DNA of 63,886 bases, filler included, from Octopus bimaculoides (GCF_001194135.2; 10 parts of 9 records of this genome joined end to end with filler, not necessarily neighbours in it), one strand, 5' to 3'. Shown: positions 37,846 through 51,394, counted from the first letter of the whole stretch. A program made the numbers and translations. Notes: generated from the letters alone by a model not told the origin.

Positions 37846-38045
37846 GACGCCATGTACATGTGTGCGTGTCTGTAGGTATGCATTTATATATGCACATTTA
37901 TATATGTATAGGAGAGTAAAAGAAATTTCTGACTCATTAATAAAAAGTTTATCATAATACACACACACATATACACACACATGCACACACATTCTCATAC
38001 ACACATACATACATCCATGCATACATATATATATGTGTGTGTATG

Positions 38046-38086
<41 letters not shown>

Positions 38087-38934
38087 NNNNNNNNNNNNNN
38101 NNNNNNNNNNNNNNNNNNNNNNNNNNNNNNNNNNNNNNNNNNNNNNNNNNNNNNNNNNNNNNNNNNNNNNNNNNNNNNNNNNNNNNNNNNNNNNNNNNNN
38201 NNNNNNNNNNNNNNNNNNNNNNNNNNNNNNNNNNNNNNNNNNNNNNNNNNNNNNNNNNNNNNNNNNNNNNNNNNNNNNNNNNNNNNNNNNNNNNNNNNNN
38301 NNNNNNNNNNNNNNNNNNNNNNNNNNNNNNNNNNNNNNNNNNNNNNNNNNNNNNNNNNNNNNNNNNNNNNNNNNNNNNNNNNNNNNNNTATATATATATA
38401 TATGCACACACACAAGACAAGGCATAAATAATGGTTATTACATATTTATATATAAATGTGTGTATGTAAAATGCACAAACATACACGCACAGATATAAAT
38501 AGATTTATACATATATATGTACGTACATATGTACGTACGTATGTATGTATGTATGTATGTACGAGGAAAGTGGACAGCTCGTGTGACTCTCTTTAGCTTC
38601 TCGTCCTGCTAGAAAAAGCAGCATACCATTCCGCGAATTGCACGCACTATCATATCAAAGGAAGGGCCACAAAAAAGATGGAATACATTGAGTTCTAACA
38701 CTTTTGAAAATGGGTGTCTTCATCCAGGAGGAAACAAAGTAAAAATAACAACATAATTTAAATAATTTTTGTTTATTAATAGCTTGGTATTGACCTCTAA
38801 CATTAGAAGTGACCTCATAAATATTTGAACTCGGAAATTATTGCACCATAGCATAACTGGGAAAATGTTTTATTTTATTTGCTTACCACTTCACCCTTCC
38901 AACGCCCTTGAATAACGCCTTATTATCTCAATAT

Positions 38935-39870
38935 TAAATTTGAGAATTCCGCCGATGTATGCTTTTCCGTTCATCCCTTTCGGAGTCGATAAACTAAGTT
39001 CCATTCGAGCATTGTGGTCGATGTAACCAACTTTCCTCAACTAATTCAAAATTACTGGCCTTGTGCAAATATTTGACACCAGTATTAGATAGGAGAATTC
39101 CGAAGTTAAGCAACGACGAGCTTAGTTGATACTTAGATGGGTAACTGCCTGGGAAACGTAGGTGCAATAAGTATTTCCCTTTTTAGGTGGTGAGCTGGCA
39201 GAATCGTTTGCATGCCGGGAAAAATGCTTAGTGCTATTTGGTCCGTCTTTACGTTCTTAGTTCAAATTCCGCCGAGGTGGACTTTGCTTTTCATCCTTTC
39301 GCGGTCGATTAAATAAGTGCCAGTTGATTACTGGGGGTCTATGTAATCGACTAGGCTTCTTCTCCGAAATTGCTGGCCTTGTACCAAATTTTTCAAATCA
39401 ATATTAAATGTGACATGAAGGTGGCGAGCTGGAAGAATAGTTAGCACACCTAGAACAATGCTTAGCAACATTTCGCCCGTCTTTACGTTTTGAGTTCAAA
39501 TTGTGACGAGGTCGACCTTGTTTTCCATCCTCTCGGGGGTCGATAAATTAAGTGCTAGCTAAACACAAGGCTCGATGCATTCGACATAACTCCTACTGTG
39601 AAATTGCTGGCCTTATGCACCAAATTTAAAACAGTATTAAATGCATGAATATAAGATGGTGAGCTGGTAGAATCGCTAGCAGGCTAGGCTATGCTTAGCA
39701 GCATTTTGCCCCACTTTACATTCTGAGTTATAAATCGCCGAAATCGACTTTGCCTTTGATACAGTCGGGGTCGATAAAGTAAGTAGCAGTTGAGCACAGG
39801 GGTCAATGTAATCGACTTAAGGATTGCTCCCCCAAAATTGCTTGCTTGTGTCAAAATTTGAAACTAATAT
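38935..39870 (+). mobile_element. Head-to-tail array of four family-A SINEs (~235-bp period for the last three)
   Basis: Heads at ~39186, ~39419 and ~39655, plus a headless copy at ~38935. All share the tail AAATTGCTGGCCTTGTG..AAATTT.AAAC..TATTA. Confidence 0.9.
39096..39175 (+). pseudogene. 5'-truncated 5S rRNA pseudogene fragment
   Basis: ccgaagttaagcaacgacgagcttagttgatacttagatgggtaactgcctgggaaacgtaggtgcaataag aligns by eye to the 3' two-thirds of animal 5S rRNA (box A, IE, box C), followed by a T-run. Confidence 0.85.
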
Positions 39871-40357
39871 TAAACGTGAGAATACTATTTTGGAAAAAAA
39901 AAATCAAATTTTACTGGATTAGAAATGAAAACAAAGAAGGTTTTAATTATACCTCATTATAAAATTATGGTTAACAATTAAGTAATTTAGTTTTTGATAT
40001 TTTTTGTCGGCCGATATACGTATTTATACTTTTCATTGAGGAAATTATTAACTTCAATAAGGCAAACAATTATTCAATCTTGAAGTATGGAGGCTCATTA
40101 TATTCTGCCTGTTAACAAATAACTGCAGGTATAAAAGAAATTGAAGAATATACGTTACAAAAAAAAATATTTAAGAATACATGTTACAATATACATTTAA
40201 GAATAAGTTATAATATATATTTAAGAATATGTAACATTACGAATCTTCACATTTTCTCCAAATTAAATCGCGGTCCAGGCAAAATATTTTATTGACTCCT
40301 AGGGAGGGATTGGCAAGCCGTCAATGTAAGGCAAAATTATAACATTAAGACCCTCTA

Positions 40358-40610
40358 AGGCGGGGTGCTGGCAGAATCGTTAGCACGCCAGGCAAAATGC
40401 TTAGCGACATTTCGTGCCTCTTTACGTTTTGAGTTCAAATTTTTTATTTACGTATCTTCATTATTTGTAGGGTTTTAATATTGGTTTCAAGTTTCGGTAC
40501 AAGGCCAGAAATTTAAGAGGAATGGGCAAGTCGATTACATCGTCTTCACTGCTCAACTGGTTCTTATTTTTTCAACCCCGAAAAATGACAGGCAAAATCA
40601 ACTTCGCTGC
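40358..40610. mobile_element. Family-A SINE head (plus, 40358-40442) and family-A SINE tail half (minus, 40482-40610)
   Basis: aaggcggggtgctggcagaatcgttagcacgcc head; caaggccagaaattt..caacccgaaaaatgacaggcaaaatcaac. Confidence 0.8.
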
Positions 40611-40745
40611 CTTAAAGATGTTCCTCAGCTTCCAAGAATATTAGCAGATAATAATTAACAAAAATTACCACACAAATCAATAACCAACCTTCATGCAACT
40701 GGACCAATCTGAATATATGATACTTAGATAGAAAGTGAAAGAAAA

Positions 40746-40781
<36 letters not shown>

Positions 40782-40814
40782 ATATAAATATACATACCTA
40801 TATACATACATATA

Positions 40815-40884
<70 letters not shown>

Positions 40885-41299
40885 AATCTATATACAGAGA
40901 TGTATGTAATATATATGTATATATATATATACATACATATACATTTATATAAGTGTCAAATCAATAAATCAGTATGCAGGCTAGTTAAAATTTTACATAT
41001 TCAATATTTTGGAATACTTTTCAGAAAAAGGGCATATGAAATTTAATGAAGTTTAATGAATTAAAGTAATTAAATACCTATTTATTATTTGCGAATATCA
41101 TAGTTAGAGAAACGTAAATCTGTATATGCAAAAGAAATTGAATTTTTCTAAATTATTATTATTATTATTATTATTATTGGTATGGTACATAGGAAATTCT
41201 TCAAAATTGTTATTTTGCTTCATTTCAATTTATTTTTGACTTGCCTCATTTTTCTTTGTATTCAAGCATTTTGAAGGTTTCGTCGAATTTTCTAATTGA

Positions 41300-42100
41300 G
41301 AATTCATTCTGTTTGATTATCATCATTGTCATAATTCGAACATTACTATTCTCACTTAAAAAGCTCTTTGTCATTCCAGTGCAAGCCATATAAGTCATTC
41401 TCTGACGTTAACCTGTCGTTCATTTTATATTCCCTGACATAAACCAAGTTGAATGATGTCTACTACAGTTACTGAACTTCAGCCTCGAGTTCAACAAACG
41501 TATTCACATTATTTAAACATATTTCACACTATGCATCATTAATATTTTCCAGTGCAACCTGTAAGAGTTTTGCCTCACGTTCTTAAAATTAATTGCACTT
41601 GCCCCTGCAAACCTAACGTTAGGCATCACAAATTGTTATCTAAAGCATTAGAACTATCCACGACTTTCAAAAATGTTTAATGTTCCGTGTTCAGTTTCGT
41701 TTTCTTCTTTCTATTTCCAGTTTACTTCTACAAAGAAGCTGATCGGTTCCGTTTTCGTAGTTATTTGACTGATAGAAATAAGCTTTTGATTGCAGCATTC
41801 GATCCAAATTGACAAACGACGTTGCATTTCAATCACAGCAGAGCTTCTGACATTTTTCTTCGAAAATCCAATGATGAACAGTATTTTACAATTGTTCTAA
41901 ATATAATTGCGCTGTGTTGATTTGGCGATAACATAGACGCAGCCGATTTTGCGTAGATAATACCACATTGGCGCTTGCTGATTATTGCTAATTATTTCTT
42001 ACAAAACGCATTCCACTTCTAAGAAATTCCTACATTTGTACAAGCAATGTACATTCTTTCAAAAATCGTAAAAAAATTATTTGGAAATGCATTGAAGCCG
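41300..42100 (-). pseudogene. Tigger/pogo transposase remnant
   Basis: Minus: EMQRRLSIWIECCNQKLISISQ.., SRG*F..F..PNVRFAGASA.., NDRLT; CENP-B-type HTH region with stops. Confidence 0.65.
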
Positions 42101-42455
42101 AAATTGTCTCACGTTTTCATAAAACGTTTCATGAATGAACATGGTTTATAAATTAACAGCAAACCTCAAAAAATATTAAGTATGGGTACAAATATGCATC
42201 CATGGCAGTGAACCACTGAAAGCAGCATATCTAAAAGCAACATATTGGAACAATACATTCGCTGGCAGCTGAAAAATGAAACAGAATTTAGAAGGAGGGC
42301 TTATATTGCATTCATTTTCATACCTTATACGTACAGGATAAAATTGTGAACAAAAACCGAATACACAAACAAAATAGCACAATATTCAGACATCCAGTAC
42401 CACTGATTAGATAATTCCCATGTATACATACATATATATGTGTGTGTGTGTATAC

Positions 42456-42493
<38 letters not shown>

Positions 42494-44112
42494 NNNNNNN
42501 NNNNNNNNNNNNNNNNNNNNNNNNNNNNNNNNNNNNNTTAATTAATTAANNNNNNNNNNNNNNNNNNNNNNNNNNNNNNNNNNNNNNNNNNNNATATATA
42601 TATATATATATATATACATATATATATACATGTGTGTGCATATATATTTATATATACGTTTAGACATATTCATACACATATATACATAGGAAGACATGTA
42701 CGCACATACACACACGCGCGCACACACACACAAACACACAAACAGCCACACACAAACTCGCACACACACATACACACATATAAAAATTAATGATAAACTC
42801 TACACTGCGGTGGGATAAGTAAAAATGTACATTAAACCTAAGAGCAGATGTTTTCAATGATCCCATATTTCAACCTCGCTGTATAAAGTAGATACCGTCG
42901 GTAAAATACATGAATTACGTTCAGCAGAAAAAAGATAATAATTTAGTTAGTATCAACATTTATTAGTACCTCATTAGGCATCGGTTACCCTTTCATCTTC
43001 ACAAAATGAATAGGAGATTACAATTTCTAATACTATACACTAATTCAGGCAAAGCAGAATTGTATAACCTAATTTGCATAACAGACCTAATATATAAAAA
43101 CACACTCATACATACTTATATATGCATATACATATATATATANNNNNNNNNNNNNNNNNNNNNNNNNNNNNNNNNNNNNNNNNNNNNNNNNNNNNNNNNN
43201 NNNNNNNNNNNNNNNNNNNNNNNNNNNNNNNNNNNNNNNNNNNNNNNNNNNNNNNNNNNNNNNNNNNNNNNNNNNNNNNNNNNNNNNNNNNNNNNNNNNN
43301 NNNNNNNNNNNNNNNNNNNNNNNNNNNNNNNNNNNNNNNNNNNNNNNNNNNNNNNNNNNNNNNNNNNNNNNNNNNNNNNNNNNNNNNNNNNNNNNNNNNN
43401 NNNNNNNNNNNNNNNNNNNNNNNNNNNNNNNNNNNNNNNNNNNNNNNNNNNNNNNNNNNNNNNNNNNNNNNNNNNNNNNNNNNNNNNNNNNNNNNNNNNN
43501 NNNNNNNNNNNNNNNNNNNNNNNNNNNNNNNNNNNNNNNNNNNNNNNNNNNNNNNNNNNNNNNNNNNNNNNNNNNNNNNNNNNNNNNNNNNNNNNNNNNN
43601 NNNNNNNNNNNNNNNNNNNNNNNNNNNNNNNNNNNNNNNNNNNNNNNNNNNNNNNNNNNNNNNNNNNNNNNNNNNNNNNNNNNNNNNNNNNNNNNNNNNN
43701 NNNNNNNNNNNNNNNNNNNNNNNNNNNNNNNNNNNNNNNNNNNNNNNNNNNNNNNNNNNNNNNNNNNNNNNNNNNNNNNNNNNNNNNNNNNNNNNNNNNN
43801 NNNNNNNNNNNNNNNNNNNNNNNNNNNNNNNNNNNNNNNNNNNNNNNNNNNNNNNNNNNNNNNNNNNNNNNNNNNNNNNNNNNNNNNNNNNNNNNNNNNN
43901 NNNNNNNNNNNNNNNNNNNNNNNNNNNNNNNNNNNNNNNNNNNNNNNNNNNNNNNNNNNNNNNNNNNNNNNNNNNNNNNNNNNNNNNNNNNNNNNNNNNN
44001 NNNNNNNNNNNNNNNNNNNNNNNNNNNNNNNNNNNNNNNNNNNNNNNNNNNNNNNNNNNNNNNNNNNNNNNNNNNNNNNNNNNNNNNNNNNNNNNNNNNN
44101 NNNNNNNNNNNN

Positions 44113-44151
<39 letters not shown>

Positions 44152-44205
44152 ATGTATGCATGTATTTATGTATGAGTGTGTATATGTATGAATATGTATA
44201 TATGT

Positions 44206-44532
44206 ATAACAGATAAATAAAGAAATGGAGTTAAACGCAAGTGTTATTCAAATCTTTATACTTCCGACATATGTTTCGAATATTGGTCTTATTCCAGAGG
44301 GAGTAAAATGATGTAAAACAATGTGATCGATCTTCTCATCGGGGAAAAAAAAGAGAGACAAAAACACATCAATAAGCCATTTTAACCGAATGTGATGACT
44401 GCGTATATAATGAAGGGAACGCTGGCAAGTTCCCTCTGGAATTAGACCAATATTTTCTTCGAAACATATGTCGGAAGTATCAAGACTTGAATAACACCTG
44501 CATTGCACTCCATTTCTTTATTTATCTGTTAT
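44206..44532. mobile_element. ~330-bp element with ~100-bp inverted arms, probably a PLE pLTR + inverted partial pLTR
   Basis: 44206-44302 is the reverse complement of 44431-44532; both arms carry CGAAACATATGTCGGAAG. Confidence 0.85.
44261..44346 (-). ncRNA. Type I hammerhead motif with long stem II (U4C)
   Basis: TTCC [CCGATGA] GAAGATCGATC..GACCAATATTC [GAAA] C-ATAT-G-T-C | GGAAG; palindromic stem III ACATATGT, GUC site. Confidence 0.6.
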
Positions 44533-44683
44533 GCAACGCATTTCACTCAACTCTGGAATTTCTAACTTTATAAGTAGGCTGTAACATCCTTGGTGCTTAT
44601 GTGAAATTTTTGCTATCCTAGTAACTATTCATTTATTTTTCAGTGTTATATGTATACATTGAAAAATATACATATATGTATAA

Positions 44684-44720
<37 letters not shown>

Positions 44721-44974
44721 CGGATATATATACATACGGATATATATTTGTGTGTGTGTGTGTGTATGTGTATGTATTTGTGGGCAGGGGGGCGCGTACA
44801 TGTGCAATGAAGTGCTGTTTATAGTTTTGTAATAGACGAGCGCGAATCGTTTCAAAGCGGGAGACGAAACCGGATTGCCGATTCGATTTTGCTAGAACAT
44901 CACGGCGTCACATCACTGGCGCTAATTGATACTATCATCTCAACCACACACACAAACACACGTGCCCCACCCAT

Positions 44975-45128
<154 letters not shown>

Positions 45129-45497
45129 ATTGGAATCGTCGTCGTTTTCATTATTCCTATCACCATCCCCATTAACACCAAAAACAACTTAGGATACAAA
45201 CAACAAAATACAATAGCGACAACAATATCCATATGATAGGGGGGGGGGAAGCAAACAAAAAAAAACAGCACTAGTGCATAGAGCAACAAGAAAAACAACA
45301 ACAACAACAACAACAGCTATTAAACATTAAAAGCAATATAGAAATCAGAAATACCAATAACAACAACAACAGCAACACTAGCGATAATAAAAAGAGAGAA
45401 ATTGAAGATGAACATCAACAGACATAACAGGAATAATGGTATAGAGATGGATATTACAAAAACAACGTCAGTTCTCCGACGGCGACCCCTGGCACCA

Positions 45498-45959
45498 GCA
45501 TAATCATCGTCATCATCTTCATCGTCATCGTCACTGTCGTCGTCGGCTTCGTCATCGTCACCAACATCATCAGCATCATCATCATCACCATCGTCGTCAT
45601 CATCATTGCTATCATCGTCACCACCACCACCACCACCATCATCATCATCATTATCATTATCATCATCATAAGCATCGCCATCATCATCATCATCATCATC
45701 GTCATCACCAGCATCATCATCATCATCATCATCATCACCATCATGGTCGTTACCGTCATCGTCATCATCGTCATCATCATCATCACCATCATCGTCATCA
45801 ACATCACCATCATCGTCACCATCGTCGTCATCACCATCACCATCATTATCAACAGCATCATCACCATCGTCATCATCATTGCTATCGCCATCATTGTCGT
45901 CATCATCATCATCATCACAAACATCCTCACCCTCTTTTCGTCGTCGTCATCACCATCAC

Positions 45960-46029
<70 letters not shown>

Positions 46030-46030
46030 G
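45498..46030. repeat. Long degenerate (CAT/CGT/CAC)n trinucleotide tract
   Basis: Direct reading; source of the poly-Met and poly-Ile ORFs. Confidence 0.95.
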
Positions 46031-47658
46031 TGAACAACAATAAAAAAAGCAGCAGCAGCAGTCTCACACCGAGGAACGCTAATACATTCGCTAAAACAAA
46101 CACATCAGCAATATTAACAACAGCATCTACAACAACAACAACAACAACAACGTTATGCAGCTTCTCCTTTCAACCAAAATAAAACGAGAACGAAGGGTTT
46201 TAAGAGACCGAAATATACGAACACACAACTAATAGCTTCCGGTACCAATACTACTCGACGCAGGCGCAATATAAGCTTCCCACCGGAAGCCGTGCATTAT
46301 AGCCGCTAAATTTTTACGTTTATTTCTTTTCGATATGCTTTTAGGTTTTTTATTCATATATTTTAAATTTATTTTTTGTCGGTGTAAGCAGGATGTAGGT
46401 TCGAACACGAAACCAGGCTCATAGTCCTGATAAAAAGCATAACTTGTATATTACGAGGAAATGTGAAACTGGTTGATTTTTGATGTTGTTTTGGTTGCCA
46501 TATTTATTTGCTATTTTTTTTTACCTTGCAATTACATCCTACATCTATTGTATTCCCTCTGCTTTTTCTTTTGTTTTCACCATGTTATCAGATGTATTTT
46601 TCTGCACACACACACACACACACACNNNNNNNNNNNNNNNNNNNNNNNNNNNNNNNNNNNNNNNNNNNNNNNNNNNNNNNNNNNNNNNNNNNNNNNNNNN
46701 NNNNNNNNNNNNNNNNNNNNNNNNNNNNNNNNNNNNNNNNNNNNNNNNNNNNNNNNNNNNNNNNNNNNNNNNNNNNNNNNNNNNNNNNNNNNNNNNNNNN
46801 NNNNNNNNNNNNNNNNNNNNNNNNNNNNNNNNNNNNNNNNNNNNNNNNNNNNNNNNNNNNNNNNNNNNNNNNNNNNNNNNNNNNNNNNNNNNNNNNNNNN
46901 NNNNNNNNNNNNNNNNNNNNNNNNNNNNNNNNNNNNNNNNNNNNNNNNNNNNNNNNNNNNNNNNNNNNNNNNNNNNNNNNNNNNNNNNNNNNNNNNNNNN
47001 NNNNNNNNNNNNNNNNNNNNNNNNNNNNNNNNNNNNNNNNNNNNNNNNNNNNNNNNNNNNNNNNNNNNNNNNNNNNNNNNNNNNNNNNNNNNNNNNNNNN
47101 NNNNNNNNNNNNNNNNNNNNNNNNNNNNNNNNNNNNNNNNNNNNNNNNNNNNNNNNNNNNNNNNNNNNNNNNNNNNNNNNNNNNNNNNNNNNNNNNNNNN
47201 NNNNNNNNNNNNNNNNNNNNNNNNNNNNNNNNNNNNNNNNNNNNNNNNNNNNNNNNNNNNNNNNNNNNNNNNNNNNNNNNNNNNNNNNNNNNNNNNNNNN
47301 NNNNNNNNNNNNNNNNNNNNNNNNNNNNNNNNNNNNNNNNNNNNNNNNNNNNNNNNNNNNNNNNNNNNNNNNNNNNNNNNNNNNNNNNNNNNNNNNNNNN
47401 NNNNNNNNNNNNNNNNNNNNNNNNNNNNNNNNNNNNNNNNNNNNNNNNNNNNNNNNNNNNNNNNNNNNNNNNNNNNNNNNNNNNNNNNNNNNNNNNNNNN
47501 NNNNNNNNNNNNNNNNNNNNNNNNNNNNNNNNNNNNNNNNNNNNNNNNNCTTTTTTTTAAAGAGAAAAGATAGAAGAGAGAGAAAAAATCGTCCGGGCGT
47601 TTAGACGTCCGAGCAGAAAAAGAAAGATGGTCACGTGAGGAAAAGAATGGATGATGGT

Positions 47659-47698
<40 letters not shown>

Positions 47699-47940
47699 AA
47701 ACGGTGAAGGAGGGAGGGGCGAAAGGAAATTAGAGCAGACAGACAGCCGACAACTGATGAAGGGTCCTTTTTCTGCGTTAACTTGCCCTATTTTCCATTT
47801 TTTCTAGTTGCTTACGTATTCCACTCGTTTTTATCTTCTAATTACTGTCTGCGTCTTGAGTGTGTGTTATTTGCACCGTTGGTGACGTCCTGTACCCATA
47901 TATGCATGTATGTATGTATGTATGTATGTATGTATGTATG

Positions 47941-47973
<33 letters not shown>

Positions 47974-48040
47974 GTGTATATATAGATATTATTTCTTTAT
48001 TTAATTGAATGCGACGCATCCATTCCTAAGTGAGTATGTA

Positions 48041-48103
<63 letters not shown>

Positions 48104-48181
48104 ATATCTATCTATATATATANNNNNNNNNNNNNNNNNNNNNNNNNNNNNNNNNNNNNNNNNNNNNNNNNNNNNNNNNAT

Positions 48182-48400
48182 AAGGCGGTGAGCTGGTGGA
48201 AACGTTAGCACACCGGGCGAAATGCTTAGCGGTATTTCGTCTATCGTTAAAATTCCGCCGAGGTCGACTTTTGCCTTTCATATTTTCGGGGTCGATAAAT
48301 CAAGTGCCAGTTGCGTACAGGGGTCGATCTAATCGATTGGTCCCCACCCCACACACCCTACAAAAAAATTTCGGGCCTTGTGCCTAGAGTAGAAAAGAAT
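48182..48400 (+). mobile_element. Full-length, little-diverged family-A SINE
   Basis: aaggcggtgagctgg..ccgccgaggtcgacttttgcctttc..ggccttgtgcctagagtagaaaagaat. Confidence 0.95.
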
Positions 48401-48680
48401 ATATATATATTATTTATTTAATTGAATGCGATGCATCCATTCCCAAGTGAATAAATATATACTTCAGCTATGTAACTACACGTCTGCCGTTGGCGATTCC
48501 TTTTCCATCTTTAGACTTTCCACTTTGTCCACTGCGGCGAAACATCAGATTCTCTACTTTCACCGAGCTTCAAGCTATTACATTCCTTATGCAGGCCCTC
48601 ACATTGGTTTCTTTCACTTTTTCATTCATTTATTTGAACTGTTTTGTTTATTTGAATGTGTTTATTTGAATGTTAATGTG

Positions 48681-48738
<58 letters not shown>

Positions 48739-49479
48739 CGCGTAGATGTATATGTGTGTGACGTCGTAACGATACAAAACAATATAGCCGAGAAGGGTGT
48801 GATCATGCAGCAAAATCTACAGATCATTCATTCCAGGAATCGTAGAGAGTGAAAAAGGAGGGACAGATAGAAGAAAAGATGGACTGACAATGCCAAAAAA
48901 AAAAAATGTGCAGGAATATCATTAACATAGACTCAAGCTCTAGCACAAAGCTTCAATAGATGGGATGATAGAGATGACTGAACACAATACAGTGAACATA
49001 ATACAGCGACAATGACATCTTTACAACTCAAGCCTAGTTAAGATGGGTGGAAGCTTTCGGCGATAGTTTTCATCGATCATGGCTGATCAAAGTATTGACT
49101 AGTATTATTAACAAACATGTACTTAGAAACTGAAAACTTGAAAGTAATGCAATCAAAATATGTCACGCAAGCAGTTATAAAATCGGTTTCAAATTTTGGA
49201 ACAAAGCTAGTAAATTAATTGTGAATTAAGACTACCATTGGTGGTTTCATGTTAAGACAAGTAGGAAAATATCCTTTTGTCTTAACAATTTTTCAAGCCG
49301 ATAACATGGAGAAAGCTGTTCGCCTCCATTTTGGAAAACGGTATCATTTAGTTCACGGAGTTCTCGTAAACTCACGCGAATAAAATAATGAATCAATGAA
49401 TCAATGGATGTTACTCTTGGATGACATCTTTTGGATGTTTTCTCTCTTGGATTTGACGATTATATCTACCTCAGTGTTC

Positions 49480-49750
49480 TACTGTTACTTATTTCACTGA
49501 CCTCCGAGAGAATGATAAGCAAAGTCAACCTCAACTCAAATTGACGCAGAAGGTAAAGACAGACGAAATCCTGCTAAGCATTTTGCCCCGTGTGCTAACG
49601 ACTATGCCGACTACCGCCTAATCAACAGATCTAATATCCTTTGTACTATAGGCGATAGCCCTGAAAGTTGGTCGATCACATCAACCCCAGTACGTGACTG
49701 GTACTTATTTTATCAACCCGAAAGGCTGAAAGGCAAATACGACCTCGGCA
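49480..49750 (-). mobile_element. Two decayed family-A SINE copies
   Basis: Core motifs at ~49510-49545 and ~49700-49750. Confidence 0.75.
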
Positions 49751-50892
49751 GTTGTAATATCAATGCAATAGTTGCTTCTTGAGCGAATTCGTTCATAGGT
49801 CTTCTTGTTTGATGTCAACCTGGTGATAGCAGAATCCAAACGTTTCTACCGAAATTCATTAAAACGCCATTCTAAGCATATTTTGAATACGGAAAACGTA
49901 TTTTTCAACACTACAAGTACTATTAGCACCACCACCACCAGAAGCAGCTCAAGCACTACCACCACCACTATTACTACACCCAACACATCAACAGCCAGTT
50001 AACAGTAAACAGCGTTCTGCAGTCAAAAACTAAAACAGAAAAAATTTGTACCCCACAAGAAAAAAGAGATACAAACAAATACAGACTTCTACAGCACCAC
50101 CACCACCATTACCACCACCATCAACGCAGTATCATCTATCCCCAAATATCTATCCCTGGCACTTACCCCTAACACCCAACGTATATCACCCCATCACCGT
50201 CTCTACCTCTAAAGGTGTCGATAGTTACAAGTAATCAATCACAAAGTCTTGAAATACCCTTCCGGTTCTGATTGTCTCACCTGTCTTGTGATTATGCGAA
50301 AAGGTAAACACATGTCTATCTATAGCTGCTAGTGCCCCCTTACCCTTACTCTACAAACCTACTCACATAACAAACATATAGACAGACATACACACACATA
50401 CATACACAGACATACACACACATAAACACAGCACGTGTGCGCACACACACTCAGACGCAAACGACTTCTTGAAAATACACACGTTGACTCAAGTATGTGA
50501 ACATGTGTACACAAACTGACACACGCACAGCACCCCGCCTGAATGTTTGAATGTGCGTAAACACTTATGTATATATTTCAATATATTTATATGTATGTAT
50601 GTATGTATGTATANNNNNNNNNNNNNNNNNNNNNNNNNNNNNNNNNNNNNNNNNNNNTTAATTAATTAANNNNNNNNNNNNNNNNNNNNNNNNNNNNNNN
50701 NNNNNNNNNNNNNTATCTATCTATCTGTCTGTCTATCTGTTTGTCTATCAATCTGTCTGTTTACCTGTATATCTCTGTGCATGTATATATGAGAGAAAGC
50801 TATTAAAAAATCACTTTGCAAGACAAGGCCCCATTTATAGAGGTCCTCTCTCGGGCTGATCTGCCAAGTATTTACACATTGCTGAAGAGAAC

Positions 50893-51330
50893 TCAAATTA
50901 GATGGCCGGGCCATGTTGGTCGAAAGCCTGCCATACGACCCCTAAGAGAGTGTTTTACAGCGAACTGACGGAAGGCAAGCGCATTCAAGTGGATAAAAAG
51001 CGCTTCAAGGATACACACAAAGCCTCACTGAAGTTCTTTACAATAAACTCCATTACCTGGGAAACGCAACGAGAAGATCGCTCTGTCTGGTGAAGCTGCA
51101 CCAATAGCGGTGCCATCTCCTACGACTAGAGAAGGATTGCCAGGGCAAAAAAAGAAAACTCGAACAGCGCATGTCCAGAACCAACTCCTCGCCTTCCGTT
51201 CCACTCGTGCTCGACCTGTGGCAAAGCCTTCAGAGCACGCATCGGCTCGATAGGCAACAGCCGGACACACTGTGGTCTGCCTTCTTCTCCCATGTATATC
51301 CTTGCTCACCGTCGACAACGACGGACAAAT
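50893..51330 (+). mobile_element. 3' end of an RTE-clade LINE (5'-truncated)
   Basis: LRW(A)GHV..TPKRVFYSELTEGKR..KKRFKDTHKASLK..WETQREDRSVW, C-terminal CSTCGKAFRARIG..SRTH zinc-finger remnant, and a gtcgacaacgacggac tail. Confidence 0.9.
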
Positions 51331-51394
51331 TATGTATGAGAAAGCTAGGAGAAAAATGAAGAAAATTTACGATTAGGTCGTGCATAGATTTCTA

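Noticed and set aside
45454-46033. Poly-Met, poly-Ile and poly-Ser ORFs, and the many YIYI/CVCV/THTH/X-rich ORFs elsewhere
   Set aside because: Translations of microsatellites and N gaps, with no splice or homology support.
46030-46300. CpG-containing stretch with CCGGAAG, suggesting a promoter
   Set aside because: No linked exon or transcript evidence; short motifs are not diagnostic.
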